The notes beneath the pieces were generated by a model. The model did not search any database and was not told the DNA's origin. It saw only the letters and a list, made by a program, of their open reading frames with translations. The position numbers were made by a program, and so were the translations under genes. From assembly GCA_965205025.1 (NCBI GenBank), contig CBDBFU010000032.1:202571-266570 (forward strand): DNA of 64,000 bases, given 5' to 3'. How positions within the stretch are numbered: the stretch's first letter is position 1; the number at the start of each line of letters is the position of its first letter. This stretch comes from Candidatus Poribacteria bacterium. GTDB taxonomy: Bacteria; Poribacteria; WGA-4E; WGA-3G. This document shows positions 1 to 10,412 of the stretch, piece by piece.

Positions 1-28
1 GATTTATTAAGAATGTCAGGACATATAC

Positions 29-70
29 AACTCCTCTTAAAGTCTCCTTGAAAAAGGGACTTAAGGGGTT
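29..70. repeat. Imperfect intergenic palindrome (REP-like or terminator-like hairpin)
   Basis: AACTCCTCTTAAAGTCTCCTT-GAAA-AAGGGACTTAAGGGGTT forms an imperfect stem downstream of the minus-strand Ldh_2 gene. Confidence 0.4.
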
Positions 71-359
71 AAAACACCGAAATAACGGCTCTTTAAGTCC
101 TATTTTCCTTTTTCTGCTCAATTTTCGTAAATACTGTATGTGTAAAGAAAAAGTAATCTTCATCTTTTCAATTTTAGTATATGCATATCTACATAAAATG
201 CAAGATAAAACCCATCTGTTTTCCTTTTGTTATGGAGACACTACTTTTATTGATATAAAATATGTCGATCAACTATTCTTTACTATCAAATCCTTATGAA
301 CTGACTTTATAACTATAAAACCAATACTTTTTAATAATTGATACTACATTGGAGTGAAG

Positions 360-1364
360 CTATTCATCCCAAGGCAACGGTACACCAAGACGTTCACTTG
401 CTGACCGGGCGGATTCCTGTTCCATTTCACCGTATCGAATACCCACTCTTCGGTGTTGCTCTACCCTTTCCTGTTCAATTGCACCAGGTAGCAATGCTTT
501 ATCTGTTCCAGGCATTGGTTCATAAGTTTCGCGGACATCCCGCACTAATCGATCTACTTCAGCATGGAAGATGTCGGAGGGTACAATTGATTCAATATCT
601 ATTGCCAATACCATCCCACCGTGTCGCGCTCCATTCCATTTTGCAGTGTCATCGGATGCTGGTTCAGTAAACCCAGTCAATGCCCCACCAAGTAGACAAG
701 CAACAGCAGTATAACCGATACTTTTAAAGAAGGCTGCTGGGATCATTGACAAAAGTTCGTCAAATTCCTCTCCACGTTGATAATCAGCCATAATACATGT
801 TGCTGCGTCAAGTACAACAGGAGGTTCATCACCAGAAGGGATTGCAAAACAGATAGGTGGGTTCCCGTAATAACCGAGTTGTGGTTTGGTATCACTATTT
901 CCTGCATTACCATGGTTTTGATATCCCTGGACCGAAAAACCGATACAACCGGCTTCATTACATATACGAGCATAATGTCCTGCAGATCCATAATGTCCAA
1001 TGTAACGGACAAGTCCCATTCCTATGCCGACTTCTTTTGCTTTTGAGATTGCATGTTCAGTGGCTCGAACCATTGGGAGATAACCAAGTGTTCCATTTCC
1101 ATCAAGAACAACAGAGGTAGGTGATTCATTAATTACTGTTATATTTGGGTTTGGGTTAAGACTGCCATTTTCAAAGCCACCACAATATCCACTAAGAGTT
1201 CGTGTGCCATGGCTACGAACCCCACGTAGATCCGAATTAACCAGTAAACGACTAATTAGGGCAGCATGCTCCTGAGATATACCAGCCTTTTCAAAACAGG
1301 TTGTAGAGAAGTTGAGAAGCCGTTCTTCATCCACGCGGATAAATTCTTCTGGGGGTCTATTCAT
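360..1364 (-). CDS. Ldh_2 family (malate/L-lactate/ureidoglycolate dehydrogenase-like) oxidoreductase
   Basis: 334 aa; DLRGVRSHG, GHYGSAGHYA, GNPPICFAIP and C-terminal LPG motifs typical of Ldh_2. Confidence 0.85.
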   Translation of the reverse strand: MNRPPEEFIRVDEERLLNFSTTCFEKAGISQEHAALISRLLVNSDLRGVRSHGTRTLSGYCGGFENGSLNPNPNITVINESPTSVVLDGNGTLGYLPMVRATEHAISKAKEVGIGMGLVRYIGHYGSAGHYARICNEAGCIGFSVQGYQNHGNAGNSDTKPQLGYYGNPPICFAIPSGDEPPVVLDAATCIMADYQRGEEFDELLSMIPAAFFKSIGYTAVACLLGGALTGFTEPASDDTAKWNGARHGGMVLAIDIESIVPSDIFHAEVDRLVRDVRETYEPMPGTDKALLPGAIEQERVEQHRRVGIRYGEMEQESARSASERLGVPLPWDE

Positions 1365-1394
1365 TTCACTCTCCTATACTTGATCTGATAGAAA

Positions 1395-2549
1395 TTATGG
1401 ATCTATCTGTTGATAGAAAACTTTCTGACCATCTTTAATGGTGAATATCACTGCACTCTTGGTTGGTTGACGGTTTTCATTATAGCCTTTAATACTTGTT
1501 GCTCCAACATAATTCTCTGTAACAGCGAGTTGGTTGCGTATTGCTTCAGCATCCAGACTTCCTGCACGTAATGCCGCCTCATAAAGTAATTTGACTGCAT
1601 CGTAACTAACTGCTACGCCACCTGTTGGTGTTGATTCATATATTGATTCGTATAAATCAACAAATGCTCGTGCAGTTGGTTCTTTTGTTTCCGGTGAAAA
1701 GTGACCACTAAAGTAGCTGCCTTCAATTTCAGCATTCTCATCTTCAAAGAGTAGTATACTGTCCCAGGAATCTGCACCGAGGAAAATAGTAGGTTCACCT
1801 TGTGCATTTAACAACGGCAATTCACGGGCTTGTTCAGTGATATACGCAATGTCTTGAACGAAACCAGCGGCAAAAACTGCATCAGGTTTTAAATCAGCGA
1901 TCTGTGTTAATGTTTCGGTGAAATCTTCTGTCCCACCTTCAAAGAAAACCTCGGCAACTACATCTCCTCCCAGACTATTAAAATTGGAATAGAAGAAGCT
2001 TGAAATACCTTCGGTATACAGATCACCCCTTCGTGTGATAATTGCAGCTGTTGTAAGCCCCAATTCCATTTTAGCAAAATTTGCCATTACTGCCCCTTGA
2101 AAACTATCTGTGAAGGATGCCATAAAGACAAAATCACCAGCTTCCGTTACGTTTGGGTTGGTCGCAGTTGTTGTAACCATAGGAATTCGGTGTTCTTGAG
2201 CAATAGGTCCAACAAGAGCAGCATGGGAAGAACGGTTTGGACCAATTAATGCAATAACACCCTCCTCTACAATCAAAGATTCTGCAAGTTTAACAGATAC
2301 ATCAAGATCCGCCTCTATATTGATATGACCAATCAATTCAACAGGCATTCCAAACAGTCCACCTTGTTCGTTGATCTCTGTCACAGCCAATTCCGCCCCG
2401 TTTGGGTAGGAAACACGTTGTCCTGCAACTACAAAACCAATTTTTATAGTGGGCGCGTCCTTTGGTGTCAGAACTTCTTTTACATTATTACAACTTAATA
2501 TCGTTAGTACTAATAGACATAGACAGAATGTAATTACATTTTTTTTCAT
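1395..2549 (-). CDS. Branched-chain amino acid (LivK-like) ABC substrate-binding lipoprotein
   Basis: 384 aa; lipobox ILSC; GAELAVTEINEQGG, TTTATNPNVT and YDAVKLL motifs of Peripla_BP_6. Confidence 0.85.
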   Translation of the reverse strand: MKKNVITFCLCLLVLTILSCNNVKEVLTPKDAPTIKIGFVVAGQRVSYPNGAELAVTEINEQGGLFGMPVELIGHINIEADLDVSVKLAESLIVEEGVIALIGPNRSSHAALVGPIAQEHRIPMVTTTATNPNVTEAGDFVFMASFTDSFQGAVMANFAKMELGLTTAAIITRRGDLYTEGISSFFYSNFNSLGGDVVAEVFFEGGTEDFTETLTQIADLKPDAVFAAGFVQDIAYITEQARELPLLNAQGEPTIFLGADSWDSILLFEDENAEIEGSYFSGHFSPETKEPTARAFVDLYESIYESTPTGGVAVSYDAVKLLYEAALRAGSLDAEAIRNQLAVTENYVGATSIKGYNENRQPTKSAVIFTIKDGQKVFYQQIDP

Positions 2550-2953
2550 AAGATAAATCCGTAGATAGATATTCCTTTTCCTTTATTAAAGTATATAACT
2601 GAAAATCAGATAATGAAGCACATATAATATATTGTAGTATGTATGTGAACGTAAATGAGTGTTTAACTACTACCTATAAAATAATTGTACGATTTTGACA
2701 TTATAATCATACAACATATCTGGAGGGATCTCTCTGGGTGAACTTTTACATAAGAAATAATTCAAATATGACTAAAATCCCTTTTCTAAGTATTAGTAAT
2801 CTGTTACAATAGTACGTAATGGTGTTTCATGTTACATAAAACCTGTTAGATAATAAATGGATACATAAATGGTAACATAACCAGTTATGATAACACTAAC
2901 AATTATCATTAAACATCTAAAATATGCAAGTTTAGTTTTAGTATAGGAAAGTT

Positions 2954-3694
2954 ATGCAGACCTTAATCACAGTGATTGGACGTGGTCATTCTGGTACTCG
3001 TGCTATTTCACATACCCTATATGCCAGTGGAGTGTATATGGGGAGTCAACTAAACCCTTCAGGTGATAAGATTCCACCACATGACCTATATGATGCCTGC
3101 CGTGTATTGTCTAAATATGTCAAATGGGAAGGTGGCTTATCTTGGGATTTTGATCCATTATTTACCATGTCTATTGCCCCTAAATTTGAAGAACTAATAA
3201 ATAGCTATTTATCGGATGTACTGAATAATACATCCGTGAATAAGGGATGGAAGATACCAGAAACGACACTTATTTATCCTTGGATACTACGTATGTTTCC
3301 TGATATACGATATATACATTGGATACGCGATCCGAGAGATTGTATTCTTGGAAGTCATAAAACTGATAATCTAATGGATTTTGGTATTGAATATTCACTT
3401 ACAGATGATATTTACAAGAGACGCGCAATCTCTTGGTATTATCAATATGAATTGATGAAAGCAACACCTAAACCTAAACATTTTATACAGGTCCGTTTTG
3501 AAGATTTCGTGCTAAAGCAAGAGGAAACCCTTAAACTACTTGAGGATTTCTTAGGATTTTCATTGGGACGTATTATTGTCAGACCAGAAGCAGTATACAG
3601 ATGGAAGAGAACAGAACAACCTTGTCCACTTCCGTTTAACTTTTTACGTGAAGCAATTACTGAAAATGAGTATTCGTTAGATATGTCTTATTGA
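2954..3694 (+). CDS. Sulfotransferase family protein
   Basis: 246 aa; 5'-PSB-like GRGHSGT, GWKIP, RDPRD and VRFEDF motifs. Confidence 0.8.
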   Translation: MQTLITVIGRGHSGTRAISHTLYASGVYMGSQLNPSGDKIPPHDLYDACRVLSKYVKWEGGLSWDFDPLFTMSIAPKFEELINSYLSDVLNNTSVNKGWKIPETTLIYPWILRMFPDIRYIHWIRDPRDCILGSHKTDNLMDFGIEYSLTDDIYKRRAISWYYQYELMKATPKPKHFIQVRFEDFVLKQEETLKLLEDFLGFSLGRIIVRPEAVYRWKRTEQPCPLPFNFLREAITENEYSLDMSY

Positions 3695-3717
3695 TCAACA
3701 ACAAAAAAGGAATCATT

Positions 3718-4743
3718 ATGCCAAAAAATGGAAAATACCAAGTTGGACTGGTAGGTACAGGTGGAATAGCACGTGCTCATGGTGATGGATGTAAACATGC
3801 CCCAAGTGCCGAATTAGCAGCAGTTCATGATGTTTCTGAGGCTGCATTAAAAGGGTTTGGTGAGCAATTCAATGTGGATGAAAAGCATCGTTATCTTTCA
3901 TTAGATGATATGTTACAATCTGAGGATTTAGATATTGCTGTTATCTGTACTTGGGGAGCATTTCACTCTGAAGTAGGAATCCAGATTGCAGAATCTAAGC
4001 AAGTAAAAGCGATCCTGTGTGAAAAACCTTTTACATCTACAGCTGCGGAGGCAGAAGCCTTTGTTGGTGCTGCACAGGATAATGGAATTCTCGTCGCAGA
4101 AGCCTTTAAATTTCGACACCATCCCATGCACCAAAAGGCTAAGGAATTGGTAGATACAGGTGCAATTGGTGAGTTGAAAACCATTCGTAGTACATTCTGT
4201 ACTGGTGGTGGCGGCGGTGGTCCTGAATCACGTAAACCAAGCGCGAATTGGCGTTTTAACAAGGCAAAAGGTGGTGGGAGTATTTACGATCTGGCATGTT
4301 ATAATATCCATCATGCACGTTTTATGTTTGATGCTGAACCCATCAGAGTGTCCGGAGCATCCCAGGCAGGATTAGAAGTTGATGACGCATCCTATCTGTT
4401 GTTAGTATTTCCTGATGAACGTACTGCACAGATCTCAACAGGTTTTAATTGTGCTGGTGGACAATATGCTGAAATGGCTGGTTTAGGAGGAATGCTTCGA
4501 ATTGATGCTGCTTGGAATAATGGTGGTTCTCCTGTAAATATAGTGGTGCAGAATAGAGATGGACGACAAGTAATTGATATTGATCCATGTAATCAGTTTG
4601 CTGCACAACTTGAACACATGTGTGAATGTTTGGAAACAGGTAAACCGCACAGAATTTCACCTGAAAGTTGTGTCAATCAAATGCGTGTAATTGATGCAGC
4701 ATTTGAAGCAATGGCGACTGGCACAACAGTCGAATTAGGATAA
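3718..4743 (+). CDS. Gfo/Idh/MocA family oxidoreductase
   Basis: GLVGTGGIA Rossmann motif, CEKP, GGGSIYDLACY; ATG at 3718 follows AAAGGA. Confidence 0.9.
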   Translation: MPKNGKYQVGLVGTGGIARAHGDGCKHAPSAELAAVHDVSEAALKGFGEQFNVDEKHRYLSLDDMLQSEDLDIAVICTWGAFHSEVGIQIAESKQVKAILCEKPFTSTAAEAEAFVGAAQDNGILVAEAFKFRHHPMHQKAKELVDTGAIGELKTIRSTFCTGGGGGGPESRKPSANWRFNKAKGGGSIYDLACYNIHHARFMFDAEPIRVSGASQAGLEVDDASYLLLVFPDERTAQISTGFNCAGGQYAEMAGLGGMLRIDAAWNNGGSPVNIVVQNRDGRQVIDIDPCNQFAAQLEHMCECLETGKPHRISPESCVNQMRVIDAAFEAMATGTTVELG

Positions 4744-4761
4744 TAACACCATATAAAATTT

Positions 4762-4787
4762 TGGGTAGGATTTTTCCTACCCATTTT
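4762..4787 (+). terminator. Intrinsic terminator-like hairpin
   Basis: TGGGTAGGA-TTTT-TCCTACCCA followed by TTTT, just after the Gfo/Idh/MocA stop. Confidence 0.65.
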
Positions 4788-4833
4788 CAGTGAAAAATTA
4801 GTGAATATTCTTTACAGAAATTAGGTTTTTTCA

Positions 4834-5532
4834 ATGCAGAACTTTTCTAACACTGAAGCACTTACTTTTGACCTATTTGGAACCATTCTGGATTTAGGTG
4901 GGAGTCTTACTCCGTTTATTGGCGAGTCGTTAGCCACACATAATGTGAAGAATGTCACTGCAGATGAATTCTGGGAACAGTGGCGTTATCGGCAACGGAT
5001 TGAACAGTATCAAGATACAATTATGATGCTTGGACATAGTGGCTATCTGGAGACTGTCCGACGTGCTTTACACTATACACTAAGACGAAATGGAATTGAT
5101 GCAACACCAGAAATAGTAGAAGAGTTTATGAGGGGTTGGCAACAACTGATACCATTTCCAGAGGTGTTATCTGCACTTAGCAGATTAAATACTAACTATC
5201 AGTTGGTTGTTCTATCAAATGGAGATCCAGATTTCTTGGACTATCTTGTGAAACATAGGGTAGAATGGCTATTTGATGGTGTTATCTCTGTAACATCATT
5301 CGGTGCATTTAAGCCACACCCTGGGGTTTATCGTGGAGCAGCTGGCACATTGGAACTTGATGTAAATGAATGTATGATGGTATCTGCGAATTCGTTTGAT
5401 ATCATGGGTGCACGGGCATGTGGATTTCGTGGCGCGTATGTGAACCGATACAAGCTGCCTTATGAAGACTCCCAGTTTAAACCTGATGTAACAGTGTTTG
5501 ATTTTACAGAGTTAGCAGATGCACTTTTATAA
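4834..5532 (+). CDS. Haloacid dehalogenase type II (HAD superfamily)
   Basis: FDLFGTILD, LSNG, FKPHPGVY and VSANSFDIMGA motifs. Confidence 0.88.
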   Translation: MQNFSNTEALTFDLFGTILDLGGSLTPFIGESLATHNVKNVTADEFWEQWRYRQRIEQYQDTIMMLGHSGYLETVRRALHYTLRRNGIDATPEIVEEFMRGWQQLIPFPEVLSALSRLNTNYQLVVLSNGDPDFLDYLVKHRVEWLFDGVISVTSFGAFKPHPGVYRGAAGTLELDVNECMMVSANSFDIMGARACGFRGAYVNRYKLPYEDSQFKPDVTVFDFTELADALL

Positions 5533-5558
5533 ATATAAGACGCAATATTCGATTCAAT

Positions 5559-7487
5559 TTACATTGTTGGAATTTTCCATACTAAAATAGTTCCATCCGA
5601 GCTACCACTAACCAATTTACTCCCATCCTGAGTAAATGCAAGTCCCTTAATATCGTCAAGATGACCTGTAAATGTATGTATGTGTTTCTGTGTTGCTACA
5701 TCCCAAAGTCGAATCGTATTATCCGCACTTCCACTTGCAAGTGTCTTTCCATCTAAACTAAATATAATACTATAGATGCTACCAGTATGACCTTTTAGTA
5801 TATGTATTTGACTCCCTGATGCAACATCCCACAAAATTATAGCATCCATATCTTCGTTCCACACATTTTCACATCCACTTGCAAGTAATTTCCCATCTGG
5901 ACTGAATGCTACACAATTTATATCCCCCATGTTTCCTGATAGTGTTTTTTTGTACTCCCCTGTCTCTAAATCCCATAGGTATATTGCCTTATTCCCAAAA
6001 TTGTCCTCTCCATTATATTCGGCAATGCCACCGCTTGCGATTGTTGTACCATCGGAACTAATTGTTACGCTATTAATGTGATTATCATGACCTTCCAATT
6101 TTTGTATATGTTTTCTGTTAAGCACATTCCATTTGTGAATGTTACGATAGTTACTGCTTACAAGTGTTTTCCCATCTGGACTAAAAGCAATAGAACTTAC
6201 TTCACCGATTCTGTCTTGTGTTAGGGTGTGAAGGTATACACCTGATACAGCATCCCACAGACGAATAGTAGTGTCGAAACTTCCACTTGCAAGAACACTA
6301 CTATCAGAATTAAATGTCACTGTGTCTACATAATGGTCGTGTCCTGTAAGTGTGTGTAGTTTGTTACCCGTTGAAGCTTCCCAGATCTCAACTACTTTGA
6401 AGCTTGCACAAGCAATAGTGTTATCATCAGCTGCCATAGCAATGCTTCTGATTGGGGATGTAAAACCAGTAATCGTGTGTTTTGGTATACCTGTTTCAAT
6501 TTCCCATACTCCTAATACATTTCCAAAATCTTTAGTTACAATATGTTTTTGATTATTAAGTGATATGTCAATCGCCCTATTGTATATTGAGAATTTATGT
6601 GCTATCTTTCCAGTATCAATGTCCCATATACGAATTATCTTATCCTGACTACTGCTAACAAGAGTCATACCATCAATACTTAATTCCAGTCCGATTACCT
6701 GTCCAATTTCATCTGAGAGTAACTCTAATGGTGTTAGTGTACTTGAATCCCAAACCTGTATTTTCTTATATCCACCCAAAGAAATTACATTATTCTTTGT
6801 AAAAAGTACATGATAAATGCTCCCTATCTGAGACTTAATGGAATGGATTAAATTCCCTGTGTCTGTGTTCCATAACCGTACAGCATTATCTGGAAAACCT
6901 TCTCCACTTGCGAGTATATGTCCATCTGGACTAAATGCAAGACTATTTACTTCTCCTGTGAATTCATTGAGTGTATGTTTTAATTCACCAGTGGAGATAT
7001 CCCATAGACAGACGGCAACCTCAAACACCCTTTCACCACCATCAATACCAGTATTGCCGCTTGCGATTGTTTTCCCATCTGGACTATATGCTATACAGTT
7101 TATTGCATGTGGATGTCCAATTAGCGTCTTCTTCTCCATCCCAGTTATCACGTCCCAAAGCCGAACGGTTTTATCAGAACTACCGCTGGCGAGTATTTGA
7201 CTATTTGGACTAAAGGAAATACAATTTACACTCCCATTGTGTTCTGATAGAAAACGAACCACTTCATAGTTTGTCGTCCCATACACCCAAATACCAATAG
7301 AGGTAGCGACAGCCAAATGCTTTCCGTCAGATGAATATTTAAAATCGTTAATAATCCCTTTTCCTAATCGTGCAACTGCATCCTCAGGTAAACTGAATTT
7401 TGTTGTTTCATTGGCGAGACTTGGATGTAATCTACTCAATAGAACAATGCATAACAGACAAAAAACGATAAATGTATGGTTTTTCAT
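5559..7487 (-). CDS. Secreted WD40-repeat protein
   Basis: 642 aa; signal peptide, then about 14 GH...FSPDG..LASGS.D.T.RLWD repeats. Confidence 0.92.
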   Translation of the reverse strand: MKNHTFIVFCLLCIVLLSRLHPSLANETTKFSLPEDAVARLGKGIINDFKYSSDGKHLAVATSIGIWVYGTTNYEVVRFLSEHNGSVNCISFSPNSQILASGSSDKTVRLWDVITGMEKKTLIGHPHAINCIAYSPDGKTIASGNTGIDGGERVFEVAVCLWDISTGELKHTLNEFTGEVNSLAFSPDGHILASGEGFPDNAVRLWNTDTGNLIHSIKSQIGSIYHVLFTKNNVISLGGYKKIQVWDSSTLTPLELLSDEIGQVIGLELSIDGMTLVSSSQDKIIRIWDIDTGKIAHKFSIYNRAIDISLNNQKHIVTKDFGNVLGVWEIETGIPKHTITGFTSPIRSIAMAADDNTIACASFKVVEIWEASTGNKLHTLTGHDHYVDTVTFNSDSSVLASGSFDTTIRLWDAVSGVYLHTLTQDRIGEVSSIAFSPDGKTLVSSNYRNIHKWNVLNRKHIQKLEGHDNHINSVTISSDGTTIASGGIAEYNGEDNFGNKAIYLWDLETGEYKKTLSGNMGDINCVAFSPDGKLLASGCENVWNEDMDAIILWDVASGSQIHILKGHTGSIYSIIFSLDGKTLASGSADNTIRLWDVATQKHIHTFTGHLDDIKGLAFTQDGSKLVSGSSDGTILVWKIPTM

Positions 7488-7635
7488 ATTGAACTTCCTT
7501 CTTACAAATACAGTATCGTTTACTGTATATCATTGAGAGTATTCAATTTTCCATAGGATTGAATATATATCAATGTTGCGTGATTACTACATTCCAATTT
7601 TCTAAACAGACAGATGAAATTAAGGTAGATAGTTC

Positions 7636-9411
7636 TTATTCTATATCCGGTTTTGTGCTGAATTTGAGTGAGTCCGTTGGGTCTGCTACTTCCATGCGAT
7701 AATCCCAATACCCATTGTAATCAGCAGTGAGGATGGTCAATGAATTCCATCCTTCCTCTAATGGTAGTTGGAAGTGTACCCACCAAGAATATAGATGTTT
7801 ATTTGGAATACCTGTCCCTTCAACTTCTTTACCATTTACATATATCTTTCCTAAATTACCACCCCATTTTATCTGTGCAAATACTTCTTGATTATCTGGA
7901 CTCTTAATATATGACTTACCAAACCCATAAGTAAATTCCGCTTCTCCAAATAGCTTTCTTAGTTGTATATTGTCAGATTCTGAAAGGTGTTCTATCCATG
8001 ATATTTCTCCCTTTGTTCCTTGATATATATTCTGAAAATCAGACTCTGGTAATGTGATGGATAGAAAATTTTGGGGTATATCACTGGAATTAGAAGGTAA
8101 AGATGTCAACCCTAAATCAAATGGACCGAGAAGCATCCAATTTTTTATGACCTTCATATACTCTCTATCAATTGGATGAACTAACCTTGTCCCGCTTGAT
8201 AACAATTCACCACCGTATTGCATTGAATATCTATAGATTGGGAACGGTGTGATGTTATCTGATTTCACAGATATGTTTATAGTAGTTTTTGTTGTTTGGC
8301 CAGGTTTAACTTGAAGAGATAGCGTATTTGGAGTGATCTGCCAAATTTCATTTGGATCGAAAGTAATCTCAGTCAATAATAGTTTTTCCAGTGTATTCTG
8401 CATGTCAATGACAATACTTCCACTATTGATCTTTTTGCTTCTGTCAAAATTGAATTCATGCTTGAAGGTTAATTGCTTAGATACTTTCGCTTTAAAGGCT
8501 GCGATTGAAATATCTGCAGGATAGATGTTTCCCGGTTCAATAATTGCTATATTTACATCTTTATTATCAACTGTTACAAGACTGTAGTGATCAAATGCTC
8601 CGATTTCTTTTACTTCCTTTGGTGTAAATCCTCCACCTGTAGCACCAAGTACAAAATATCTTCTATCATTTCGTGTATGTAGCGTTAGGTTGTGATAATG
8701 TCCGGCAAAGACGGTGTATTCTCTTTTACACAGGGCAGTTTCGATAAGTTCCCAACCTGAATCTTTGTGAAGCCATAACGGTCTATGTAACAAGACAAAA
8801 GTATGTCGTACATTTGAGTGTTGTGTAAGTTGTGATTTCACATACTCAATCTGTTCTTCCCCAAACCAGTTTGTCCACTCTCCATCAATAGCATGCCACT
8901 CTTCAGTATTAAGCATGAGAAAGAGACAATCTTTGTATGTAAAGGCAGAATAGGTACGACCAATTTTTCGTTTCCAATAATCATACATTACACGGTTTGT
9001 AATATCATGATTTCCCGGTAATGGTAAGAAAGGAATAATTAAATCAGATTGATGTTTCCAGAATTCCTTCCACTCCTCATCAAGTCTTTCCACACTGGTT
9101 GTGTCACCTTGAATTAAATCCCCTACCATAATGGCAAAGTCAGGTTTTAAGATGTTGATTTCATTTATGGCTCTATCAAAAACGTGCCATTTATCCAGAC
9201 CTCCGCCAGTCTTATCACCAATGATTGCAAAAGTGAATTTGTCAGGATCCTCTGAGAATGGACGTTCAACGATGGGTGTTCCTTCAGGGAATACTGGTGC
9301 TTGAGCAGAAACTCCAGTAGCAAAAATGAATCCTACCAAAAGCATAATCCCGTATATTGAGAAATTCACCGATTTGCAGCATCGGATTTTCTGTATGATT
9401 ATAAAGTCCAT
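7636..9411 (-). CDS. Secreted calcineurin-like metallophosphoesterase with C-terminal beta-rich domains
   Basis: IGD, VGDLIQG, PGNHD, HRPLW and AGHYH metal motifs; hydrophobic N-terminal segment. Confidence 0.8.
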   Translation of the reverse strand: MDFIIIQKIRCCKSVNFSIYGIMLLVGFIFATGVSAQAPVFPEGTPIVERPFSEDPDKFTFAIIGDKTGGGLDKWHVFDRAINEINILKPDFAIMVGDLIQGDTTSVERLDEEWKEFWKHQSDLIIPFLPLPGNHDITNRVMYDYWKRKIGRTYSAFTYKDCLFLMLNTEEWHAIDGEWTNWFGEEQIEYVKSQLTQHSNVRHTFVLLHRPLWLHKDSGWELIETALCKREYTVFAGHYHNLTLHTRNDRRYFVLGATGGGFTPKEVKEIGAFDHYSLVTVDNKDVNIAIIEPGNIYPADISIAAFKAKVSKQLTFKHEFNFDRSKKINSGSIVIDMQNTLEKLLLTEITFDPNEIWQITPNTLSLQVKPGQTTKTTINISVKSDNITPFPIYRYSMQYGGELLSSGTRLVHPIDREYMKVIKNWMLLGPFDLGLTSLPSNSSDIPQNFLSITLPESDFQNIYQGTKGEISWIEHLSESDNIQLRKLFGEAEFTYGFGKSYIKSPDNQEVFAQIKWGGNLGKIYVNGKEVEGTGIPNKHLYSWWVHFQLPLEEGWNSLTILTADYNGYWDYRMEVADPTDSLKFSTKPDIE

Positions 9412-9645
9412 AATCTGTTATCTCCTAAATCTAAATAGTGAGGAATCAATACCAATGTTCATAGTCATTCAATTATTATGATTGCATGGATCTTAATGAA
9501 TCGTACCTAATTCTCTATACATAGCAAATTCTAATAGGATTATACCATTAATTGTGTATAAGGTATTCTTAAAGATATTATACTCAGGGGATATTTAGTT
9601 CTCGATATTTTTAGCTACTATGTTCACATTCGTGAATAATATTCG

Positions 9646-9713
9646 TAGGTCGAGTAGAGCGGAGCGAAACCCGATATCTTAGGTTCCTGTTGTGTATCGC
9701 AAACTCAACCCAT
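9646..9713. repeat. Degenerate GTAG-type REP-like inverted repeat
   Basis: GTAGGTCGAGTAGAGCGGAGCGAAACCCGA followed by a decayed, interrupted inverted half GTTGTGTATCGCAAACTCAACCCA. Confidence 0.5.
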
Positions 9714-9723
9714 AAGTGTCAAT

Positions 9724-10215
9724 TTAGTGTGTAAGTATAGAATTTGCACTATAGCGAGCGCGTTTATAACTGAGACCGAGTCGGCTAAGGATTAGGTGAA
9801 TACCCGGCACAGACACATCACTAAGCCAAGAGACGATGTTTCCAAGGGATCGGAGTGTCCATCGGGTTTGATGCGGATTATGTTGTTCAGGTCCTTGTGC
9901 GATAGTGTTATAGACCTCCGCCTCTGCTTCTTCAGGGGATTTAGGGGAATAAGCAGGTTTTCGACCACGACCGGGTGTATAGAATAAACCTTGAATACCG
10001 TTTTCATTGTATCGGTGAAGCCACGAATAGACCGTATCAGGATCGCGTTCTTTCAAGAGCATTTTTCGGGCGACTTTGTGAGGGGAAAACCCCTCGCTTA
10101 TTTTCAAAAGGGCAGCAGCGCGTTCTCGTAGATAAGCCGGTTCGCCTTTATCACGGAGTTCAACGAGTTTTTGTCGTTCAGTTTCACTGAGTTCAAGTTT
10201 ATGATGTTTTGCCAT
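9724..10215 (-). mobile_element. IS630-family transposase, N-terminal HTH part only (truncated)
   Basis: RERAAALL, TVYSWLHRYNENGIQGL, PGRGRKP, RWTLRSL and LGLSYKRAR; AGGAGG before ATG 10215; no DDE domain follows; GC higher than flanks. Confidence 0.82.
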
Positions 10216-10412
10216 GAATAAATACCTCCTTGAACAAGAGGATAGCACAAAAAACAAAATTACCGAATTAAAAAATTAATCTTCATATGGCATTCATACT
10301 GTTGATTCATATACATCAAATTAGTGCACATCCAGGAACGATAACTTAGGTTTCCTAACCGAAAAGGAATTAACACTGAGTCTTTCCTAAATAGAATTGA
10401 ATTTATCTAAAC

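Noticed and set aside
48-299. 83-aa ORF on the + strand
   Set aside because: Starts inside a palindrome, is very AT-rich, and has no recognisable motif or RBS
2800-2900. Short tandem ATAAATGGATAC/ATAAATGGTAAC and GTTACA motifs in the divergent promoter region
   Set aside because: Only about two imperfect copies in very AT-rich DNA; could be an operator but cannot be distinguished from chance
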